A stretch of 63,934 nucleotides of DNA, filler included, from Folioceros fuciformis (taxonomy: Eukaryota), in NCBI GenBank assembly GCA_049999805.1. It is 11 parts of 11 records of this genome, joined end to end, with 100 filler letters (N's around TTAATTAATTAA, not from the genome) between each part and the next. Parts side by side here need not be neighbours in the genome. Positions count along the whole stretch, not along the records: positions 48,076 to 56,527 come from JBNGIO010001902.1; positions 56,628 to 58,437 come from JBNGIO010001903.1; positions 58,538 to 60,643 come from JBNGIO010001904.1; positions 60,744 to 63,934 come from JBNGIO010001906.1; 7 more parts are not named here. One strand, 5' to 3'. Each line of letters begins with the position of its first letter. Positions within the stretch are counted from its first letter, which is position 1. Positions 54,940-63,934 of this stretch are shown here, piece by piece. Both the position numbers and the translations under genes were made by a program. The notes under the pieces are model-generated. The model was not told where the DNA came from and did not search any database. It saw nothing but the letters and a program-made list of their open reading frames with translations.

Positions 54940-55297
54940 TAGGTATCTGGTCGACGATGTTGGCGATCCAGGGGCCGAACCGAACCCGAATTCGAACCTG
55001 AACCCGACAACAACCACCCGCAACACAATCACGAAGTTGATAGCAAACACTGTGAATCAGCTCAAGAGGAAGACAGGTTTCCCCACGGCACTCTGCTCAT
55101 ATTTCGTTTCAGGCGCCGGGTAGCAACCTAAGGCCAACAGCTGCAAGGGCATGGGGAGCTGGAATCTGTGGAAGCAAATGAGAAATGGCGGCACCTTACA
55201 GCGCGGGCGGAGGCGATTCTGTTCAAGGTGATGCAGGGATGATGTGGACCCCGAAGGAAACGAAAAGGGAGCGGACGACGGAGTTGATGGGCCCAAG
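54940..55297 (-). pseudogene. Decayed AUX1/LAX auxin influx carrier C-terminal fragment
   Basis: LGPINSVVRSLFVSFGVHIIP...QSAVGKPVFLLS*FTVFAINFVIVLRVVVVGFRFEFG...WIANIVDQI parallels AUX1 GPINSAVGALLVSFTVYIIP...QNAAEKPPFF...VGFGFGGWAS. Confidence 0.8.
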
Positions 55298-55779
55298 GTT
55301 ACGATATTTGGGCACCTGGCCCCAAAGCAGGATGGGAATCTTTGGTGTCGAGGCAGAATTTCTGCACCAGCGAGGTTTCGGGTGGTGGGTCCTCGGTACT
55401 CTCATCTTCTTGTGGCTTAGGACAAATAAATACACACCCTCCCTATAGGAAACGATGCACCGAGGTCGGTTCACTTTAGGACAAGTTATTCAATACCAAG
55501 TCCCGTAAGGAAATTAGGATTGTGCTAGATTTTTTCAAGATTATTAAGTATGATATATATATTAAATAAAAGATGGAAAATCCCATCTACCAAAAATGAG
55601 GAAGTACAACGTGAAGTGAGTAGGCAGGCCAAAGGAAGGACTGGCCCACTCTAATATCATTGTCAAAATTATTTACTTCTCCCATAATGTTGTGATGCTA
55701 AATGACAAAAGCCTGTGGCTACATCTTGGGGCTCAAAGTAGTCACCTACACTTGTCACTCTTCTAGAGATCACACTAGC

Positions 55780-56527
55780 TGTGGCGGCAAAACCCTAGGC
55801 ACTGTTTACCAATGGGTTCGACCTTTAGTGGCCACACTTATCCCTCTGTCATTGAAACATCGCGTCTCATTCCCACGAAGGAGCAATAGGATTCCTCGCT
55901 GCTATGGATGGAGGGTCGGACTCAATCGACACGATGACGGATTCGAGGGATCTACTCTAGCTCAAATCAAGCGTGGACAGTCCTCGCTGTCTAGCAGTCA
56001 ACTGCACCTCTATCGATGCCCACAAATACACTTCAAACACTACAACGACCCTAACCTCTTAGATCTGCGACTTTCCTCACTCACTTCACTCACACACTCA
56101 CTCCAGCACCAGCACCAGCACCAGCAACCAGCAACCAGCAACAACATCATTACCCTCTACACTTTCCTATTGACTCCCCTACTCGGCAAGAGTCACTAGA
56201 CTAACCCCAAAGAAGAGCATGCCGCCACCCACGATTCTACCAGACACCATGTAAGCATGGTTGGCACTCACTCCAGCCCTACGAGGAAACGAGAATACAA
56301 ATCATGGGGACACGACACGGAGAGCACGATCAAGAATTAAAGGGACCCCGCCCTTAACCCTGGCCACCACTTCTCAAAGCTTTACCAGACATTGCATATA
56401 TGCACACATAGCATATATGCACGTTGCATATATGCATGAGAGATCGCAAAGTGACAACTTGCCTCCTACAGGCTCACTCGATCTTATAGGAGCCTCTCTC
56501 TCTTACCTCACCTCTCTCTAGCTTGAC
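55780..56527 (+). mobile_element. LTR-like repeat starting TGTGG; homologous reverse copy at 58538-58933
   Basis: About 400 bp of co-linear similarity, with both copies ending at the same TG terminus. Confidence 0.75.
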
Positions 56528-56627
56528 NNNNNNNNNNNNNNNNNNNNNNNNNNNNNNNNNNNNNNNNNNNNTTAATTAATTAANNNNNNNNNNNNNNNNN
56601 NNNNNNNNNNNNNNNNNNNNNNNNNNN

Positions 56628-56795
56628 GCAAGGAGCAAGAGGGTGCAAGGAGCAAGAGGGTGCAAGGAGCAAGAGGGTGCAAGGAGCAAGAGGGTGCAAG
56701 GAGCAAGAGGGTGCAAGGAGCAAGAGGGTGCAAGGAGCAAGAGGGAGCAAGGAACAAGAGGGAGCAAGGAACAAGAGGGAGCAAGGAACAAGAGA
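56628..56795. repeat. 17-bp purine-rich minisatellite
   Basis: gcaaggagcaagagggt x~9. Confidence 0.95.
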
Positions 56796-57311
56796 GAGGA
56801 GGAAGAGGGAGAAGGCAAGAAAAGAGGACCAAAGAAAAGTACGTACGTACTTATGAATATAGGAGTGTATGAAGTAATATTTTATTTTATTTTATATTTT
56901 CTTTTTAACTTGGTTTAATATTTATTATTTTATGTATTATTATTTATTTTTATTTTTATTTCATGATGGTTTTTAACCCCGAAAATCTTGGAACTATCTA
57001 TCCTGGCAGTTTTTTCTTTTTTTTACGCTTTCATGTGGCTCGGGAAGGAGTATGTTACCACAGGTTTTGGTAACTCTTGTATTTATTGCTGAACGCTTTT
57101 GATCTAACATGTGTTTTCCATCCATCCAGGTACGTTCTGCCTATTAACGTTAAATGTGCTATGATATGGTCACACAAAAAAAGGCTTTTAAAATCATATT
57201 TGGAGCTATGTTTTTATATTAGGTTTGGGATACTTTGTATTTCATTATTTTGAGTACTCAATTATTAAATTGTATCTTTGCAACTTTTGTTTTTCTTAGG
57301 GTGAATTCAAT

Positions 57312-58437
57312 ATGCCGCGATAACCAAGTAGTAAGAAAAAATTATCTTTGATGATGGGACAAAAGAAAGAAATAATATTATACAAAGATGCTCATAGTGG
57401 AGCTACTAATCGAGAGGTTAGTGCTTGGGCTTCTCATCAATTCAGCATACCAGTTTCTGCTATGACCATAGGTCGAATTTTCAAGAAGGGAAATGAGTTT
57501 CGAAACGTTAAGGATCATGAAGCTAACTCTAAACGGAAGTAAGGATACATTTCATCCCAAGGTTGAGAAGGCTTTGTTTTCATGGTTTGTGACGATAGAA
57601 GGAAATGCCACTATCTCTGCCGATATGTTGTGTGAAATGGGAAAACAATTCTTTGATAGAGTACCAGAAGCAGAAAGGTTGGAAACACCACTAACATTTT
57701 CTCATGGTTGGGTGGCAAAGGTTAAACATCGACATGACATCAAAGGTTTTGTGAAGCATGGAGAAGCTGCAAGTGTTGACACATCACAGGTGGTCGAAGA
57801 TAGAATGGAAGACATTAAAAGTATCATGCGAGGATACGAGCCTCAAGATATTTCTAACATGGACGAAACAAGGTTGTTCTACAGATTGGAACTGAACAAA
57901 ACATTGGAACTGAACAAAACATTGGCAACGAAGAGGTTGAGTGGGAAGAAAACTCCAAAGGAAAGGCTAACTATTGCTTTTACAGCCAATACGGATGGTA
58001 GTTATAAATTACCACCATTTGTGATCAACAAAATATTGAGGCCAAGAGCTTTTACCAGTCGCAACATTGGACGAGTGGAGAATTTGAGTATTCATTGGTC
58101 AGCAAACTCAAATGCTTGGATATCGGTGGCTTTATTTGAGCAATTTATTCTCTTTTTTGATGCGAACATGAGAGTTAGGGGCCGTACTAATGTCTTGTTT
58201 TTTTTGGATAATGCTCCTGTTCATAAACTATAAGTTGGGACACAAAGTAGGCTTCAAATTACAAGGGTTGAATTTTTTCCTCCTAATGTTACGGCTCATT
58301 ACCAACCCATGCATGCACGCATTATACAATCTTTTAAGGCCAATTACAAGAAAAGGCTTATTCAGCATCAAATCCAAGAGATTCAAAATGGTAATTCTCC
58401 TCTTATTGATGTATATCATGTTGTGACTATGTTGGAA
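57312..58437 (+). mobile_element. pogo/Tigger (Tc1-mariner, CENP-B HTH + DDE_1) transposase pseudogene
   Basis: KVEKALFSWF, FSHGWVAKVKHRH, HGEAASVD, NMDET, KERLT, LDNAPVH, FFPPNVT..YQPMHA; frameshifts and an 18-bp duplication (LELNKT x2). Confidence 0.9.
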
Positions 58438-58537
58438 NNNNNNNNNNNNNNNNNNNNNNNNNNNNNNNNNNNNNNNNNNNNTTAATTAATTAANNNNNNN
58501 NNNNNNNNNNNNNNNNNNNNNNNNNNNNNNNNNNNNN

Positions 58538-58933
58538 CCGGGTAGGAGGAGTCAGCAGGGAAGTGTAGAAGGTAGTGGTGTCATGGTTAGTTGCTGGTGT
58601 TGGTGTTGGGGTGAGAGAGTGAGTGAAGTGAGTGAGGGAAGTCGCAGATCTAAGAGGTTAGGGTCGTTGTAGTGACTGGAGTGAGTTTGTGGGCACCGAA
58701 AGAGGTGCAACTGACCGCCGGACAGCGAGGCCTGTCCTACGCCTGATCAGAGCTGGAGGGGAGCCCTCGAATCCATCATCGAGTCAATCAAGTCCGACCC
58801 TCCATCCACAGCAACAAGGAACCCCATCGATCCTTCGTGGGAACGAAACCCAATGTCTCAACGACAGTGGGATAAGTGTGGCCACTAAAGATGAAACCCG
58901 TTGGCAATCAGTGCCCGGGGTTTTGCCTCCACA
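58538..58933 (-). mobile_element. Reverse copy of the 55780 LTR-like repeat
   Basis: Reverse complement matches 55780-56190. Confidence 0.75.
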
Positions 58934-59605
58934 CCTTGCAACAAGTATTTCCCTTCTATTCACTCATAGCAATGTATTTCAAGGCTTTCTCTTTCTTCTT
59001 CAGTAGATGCTACAAATCCTTTTTTTCTAGGTGTAGTGGGCTTTCTCCCATTGTTGTTATCAGTGAAGTTGGAAGGTGATCTTAATAAAAATGGCACCTT
59101 TGAGGATGACTGAAGAAAAAATTGTTGATCATGATGAAGAGGAATCTTTTGAAATGCTCGTTAAATAGTTCATTCTGTTTTGCTCTTTGTGGCTTCTCCT
59201 CTTCCTTCTTTCGCTAGCACCCATGCTTTTGTTGCTTGAATTTCTTTGGCCGATGTAATGTTGCTTCTCCTGCAATGGATCTCCATCTCTCTAGGGAAAC
59301 TAAAGACAATCCAATCCAAGGATTGTTTCTTCAAGCAAGCTTGAGTCTCTACCCTGTGTTGTCAATCCTTAATGGCATTTTCTCCTAGTAATAAGATAAC
59401 CACTCTCCACATAACCACTTACAACTCTTGTCCTCAACTTCAAAGTTCTCAACTTTGAAGAGGATGAACTTAAGGTTTAGATACAAACGTTGGCCAATGT
59501 CAATGTTCTCTTTAGTTATTATTAGACTAGAATCATATAAGAGATATATACAGATTATGATGACTCATGGTGGAAAGATGGCATGATCCATTAAGTAGAA
59601 GACAT

Positions 59606-60643
59606 TTAAGAACCACAACAAAACAAGTTCCTTATCCATGCAACAAATATAGCTTTCCAATAAGGTGAACACATTGTTGTTTTTTTAATAATTTTTGTAT
59701 GCTCACATAATGCGTTTCCAATTTGTGTACATATGGATGTTGATGTGCAACTTGTTACATATTCTTTCAACAATTTTTGTTCTATTGAAATATCTTTTTG
59801 CAATTGTTCCAAACTAGTTATGAGTTCACTAAGAGATGGTCTTTTCACAGGATCCCTTTCCAAAACAAAATGTAAGAAGTTTATGATAAGTTGAGAATTT
59901 TCTACCTTTGTAGCTTTTTCAGGAGTAATCAGGTCCTACAAGACAAAACATGTATTCCATGTAACATATATTATTATTATTATTGCAAAAAATTTAATAT
60001 GAATATTAATACTCAATAATAAAATAGCATAATCTTTTCACTTACTTCTGATGACATTGTTACATGTATAAAGAAGTGTGTCCAATCTGTATCATATAAT
60101 AAATACTCTCCAGTTAAGAGTTCATAAAACAAGCATCCTAAGCCCCATATGTCCACTTTCTTAGCTAAATCTTGTGGCAATTTGAGCTCATTTACTTGTG
60201 AATTGGAGTTCACTACCTTAAGCATTTCAGGACTTCTTACATACTCAGTTCCACGATTACGAAAGGTACAATTTCCACCTTGGTTCCCTAATATCTTTTG
60301 TATCATAATATGCATTTTTTTTATTGGTTAGAGAATCATACATAATATGTCTAACTACTTAGGAAGACACTAACCTAGAGTTTGTGTGTGTATATATGTA
60401 TGTATTGTATTATACATTTACATCACATGTATAGTATTATTTGTAGAGAGGTTTTATGCAATCTTACAACGAACAAGAAAGAATACTTGAAAGAAAATAC
60501 ACTCTAAAAAAAAAAAAACTCTTAGGACAAACCTTGCTTTGACCAAAGTCTGCTACACATACTTTAAAAGGTAAGGCATCCAAACAATGCTTTGGTGGCC
60601 ATGTTGGATTCCAGAAATCCTCTTCAAATACTAAACTTTCCAT
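59606..60643 (-). CDS. Ser/Thr protein kinase, C-terminal exons only
   Basis: Exons <60643-60533, ~60294-60046, 59935-59606; VCVADFGQS, NRGTEYVRSPEML, VDIWGLGCLFYELLTG, DPVKRPS. Confidence 0.85.
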
Positions 60644-61159
60644 NNNNNNNNNNNNNNNNNNNNNNNNNNNNNNNNNNNNNNNNNNNNTTAATTAATTAAN
60701 NNNNNNNNNNNNNNNNNNNNNNNNNNNNNNNNNNNNNNNNNNNCTGCGGAGGTAGCTAGCACTAGGTGCTGAGAGTTGGAGGCCAGACTTGGGGCTGGAG
60801 CCTCCTTTTAGCACTGAAGTGATTGATACTTGGAGCTGGAAACGAGGGCTGAAGACAATGCTAGAGTTCTCATTTTGTTGAGGCTGGGGTTGGTGTTGTG
60901 GTAGGAGCCGAAGACAAGACCAAAAATTCTGATCTCTTGCTGTAGCACTTGGTATATGCTGATAGATAGGGTGAGATTAGAAGGATGTAGGTAACCTTGA
61001 CATTAGTTCACTCCCTTGGAAGCAAATCATAAGACTGCAATGATAATAAGGGGAAGTGTGGCCCCTTGGTGGTTCTTGGGTGTGCAAGAAATCACTCACT
61101 ATGGTACCCTCAAACTACCGAAGCCACTCATACCCACCCTCAAGGTCTCCCACGGACGT

Positions 61160-63570
61160 TAAGGCTCACTGTCCCCAAGGGCACGAATGATTCCAACTCA
61201 TATCTTTCCCAAGCGCTAGGAATCCCGCCATCCTCCAGTCTCTCCGCTTAAACTGCTTCCGACGGGATTGCTCCAAAGCTGTTGCTGCAATCAACGAACA
61301 CTCCCATATGCACCACAACAAAGCCTTCGATGAAGCTGAATCTTGTCCTCCATAGACCACCGTGGACCAGTTGACCCAGAGATGGAAAAGGCAAGAAGAC
61401 CACAGTAAGCCCCACCATTGTGTTTTAAGGAGAGGTTTGCCCGAGGTTGCGTCCAGCCCAAATAAGGTTGATTGTGTCGTGATCCTAAGGTAAGCACCAG
61501 GAAAAATCAAACAGAGCCACCTACCAACCTCCCTCTAGATCTCTTGGGCAAAGCTGCAATGATAGAACATGTGTTGGCTCTTGTTCGGGGCCCTAGTGGT
61601 GCACAATCGACACACATCCTCCCCCGCTATAGCTAAAAGCCCATCCCATCGATTCGCATTAGGCAAACACGCTTGAAAAAAACACCAAACCGTAGACCTG
61701 ACCTTGGGGGGGATTCTTGCAAACTTCCATAGAAGTTTGATGGCTTCCCTTTGTCGCCGTCCAGCTAGTTGCAATCGGGGAGCCATTGGTTGTCTTTGCT
61801 TGATTTTCTGCGCTCGCACCAACCAAAGGAACAAGTCCGCCGTTGGGAAGTTGAAGAACGATCGAGGGATAGCCTTCTTGCACCCTGGACGCCTGGGCCA
61901 CTTGTAGAGATCTGGTCCGAGGGTCAGAGTCCAATTCTCGCCCAGTCGAAATCAGCACTGAACCTTAACTTTATCGGAGGTTAGTGGCCCATTGGGTGTT
62001 CGCCTGGGCTGCACCATCGCCCTGCCCGAACGGACTTAACAAGGATAGTGATAGCCCGCAATTCTCCTTCTCGGGCTTCCTCGTCATCCCTGCCCTGTTC
62101 TTCCAAAAATCCATCAGGCGACAAGACCTTGAACGACTTCAACGTCTCTTTGCCATCCGTTCTCGCAAGCCAAACTGCTCTATCTAATTCTAATGCTTCC
62201 TCCTGATCTTCCTCCACATCCGAGTCGACTCCCCTACTGTCCATGGAGTATTTATACCACCCTTCACTTCCTATGGTAGGTTGTTGCCTGAAGAACTGTT
62301 GCACCTTTTCCTCTAGCCCCTCGTGCATCCACGAGAAAATGAGTCTGACGTGCCGGGCCCCTAAGCCAAACTCTCCTTTGACCTCCTCTATCTCCTTCCA
62401 ACGAGCCTCTGACCTATTCCACAAATGACCAGGCTGGATAACGCCTCTTCGACAAGCCAACCCAAAAACTTGTGACCGATAAACCCTTGACCTGAACTCC
62501 TGCACCCACAACCTCGAGAATCCTTGCAAAGGAATACTAAGAACATCATCCGCACAAGAAAAGTCACCCGGGATAATATATTGTTTAACCTCCAAGTAAC
62601 TGCTCTAGATGGACTTGAAGAGTGCGGAGCATTCTACAGTATCAAGAATCGGTTTGTCAGCCAGAATGTTGTCGATAGATCTCCTTCCCCCTGGGGACAG
62701 CTTGGGTGCAGTCCAGATGCTGTGTTAGCAGACTCTTCCAAGGATAGTACGCCGGATCAGCTGCCTTGACAACCCACTGGGCATGCAATACTTTCACCTT
62801 GGCGACCGGGTCTACCACCCCGAGCCCCCCCAAACCACACGCCTGAATAATATGCTGCCAAGCTACTTTAGAGCACCCAGCCATATTGTCCCCCGAACGC
62901 TTCCACAGGAAAGAGGTCAGCACTTGTTGTAAGCGCTTCACTTCTATCTTGGAAGGGGCCCATAAAAACAGATAATACCATAAAGAGGCACTAAGGATAT
63001 GATTAATCACCACCAGCCTACCCGCCAAGTTGAGCTCCAGCAACTGTAGACTAGTCGCTTTGCGAATGAACCTGAGGCAGACGTACTTCCTAATCTCCCC
63101 ATTCTCATCCCCCTGTTGGAAAGGAAGCCCCAAATACTTGTGGGTATAACCCATAGTCACTCGCCTGATGTCATTAATACACTGAGGAAGCGTTCCATCC
63201 ATATGAAGACACATCATACGCGTCTTGCTCCAATTCACCTTGCAGCCCGATAGTTCACCAAAGACCTTGACCTGTTGGAGCAACGCTTTCAATGAGGCCT
63301 CCTCAGCTGAAGAAAAGAGGAGAGTATCATCTGCAAATGTAGATACCCTTAGCTACGTTCCATTTGGGTTCCAAATACCCACCACTGCCGGGTCTTGCTT
63401 GACTGCTCTGAGAAAGAAGTTAGTGATGATGATAAATAAGAACGGAGCAAGGGGGCAACCCTGACGTATCGACCGAGAGATGCCAAAGCACTCCGTAAAA
63501 GACCCATTAACAGCCACCTTGGCTCCTGCATCTTCACACAAAATGGCTATCCATTTGCAGAAATTGTTCC
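61160..63570 (-). mobile_element. L1-type LINE ORF2 remnant (RT C-terminal half plus zf-RVT)
   Basis: SIRQGCPLAPFLF, FADD, SGCKVNWSKT, KYLGLP, GRLVVINHILS, GGLGV, CRLC...HMFYHCSFA. Confidence 0.92.
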
Positions 63571-63591
63571 CTTCTTGCTCCACAACCTTTG

Positions 63592-63859
63592 CTCTAATAC
63601 CAGTTGAAGGATCGCTAGGGGAGCCACATAATGAAGAAGGAGAGGAAAAGCAAGGTCTCTCTATTACAAGGGAGCTCAAGAGAGTATTTATACCCTCTAG
63701 AAGAGCTCCCAAGGAAGCTTCACAAGAAGCTCACAGGAAGTTGCGCAAGAAGCTTCCTAAAGATTAGCTTAAGCTAATCTAAACAAATGATACTTAACTA
63801 GACACTAATCTTAGAATAAACACATTAGTCTAAGCACATTGGGCTTTAATAACCCTACA
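63592..63859 (-). mobile_element. Short LTR (63859-63605) plus PBS, same family as 30057-30339
   Basis: Minus strand TGTAGGGTTATTAAAGCCCAATG...GATCCTTCA, then TGGTATTAGAGC. Confidence 0.9.
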
Positions 63860-63934
63860 AAGAGTGCCTTAAATCGGTCATATTTCATCAAACACCACTT
63901 CTAGATCACTTCTCCACTTATGCGGTCTTTCATC

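Noticed and set aside
55780-58933. Long inverted repeats flanking the pogo transposase as giant TIRs
   Set aside because: The three parts are on different contigs separated by linkers, and the repeats look like LTR ends

Overview
Eukaryotic nuclear DNA from a non-seed land plant with a compact genome. Short introns and GC-rich genes suggest a hornwort or other bryophyte/lycophyte (inference only). The window is 11 contigs joined by artificial 100-bp N44-TTAATTAATTAA-N44 linkers, so adjacency across linkers has no biological meaning. Gene-rich contigs carry spliced genes: mitochondrial di/tricarboxylate carrier (with a GC-AG intron), URT1 uridylyltransferase, a mitochondrial-type RRM protein, a secreted EG45/DPBB-like protein, plastid ribosomal protein PSRP4, argininosuccinate lyase, a conserved plastid protein, UDP-xylose synthase (with a U12 AT-AC intron), an At5g65660-like membrane protein, an AT-rich kinase fragment, and an unrecognised Tat-type thylakoid protein with a 37x Glu-Pro tract. 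Decayed HINT, AUX1/LAX and possibly PPR and F-box fragments lie between genes. The rest is degenerate Copia, LINE and pogo elements, LTRs and minisatellites. Family calls come from recalled motifs, not database searches.
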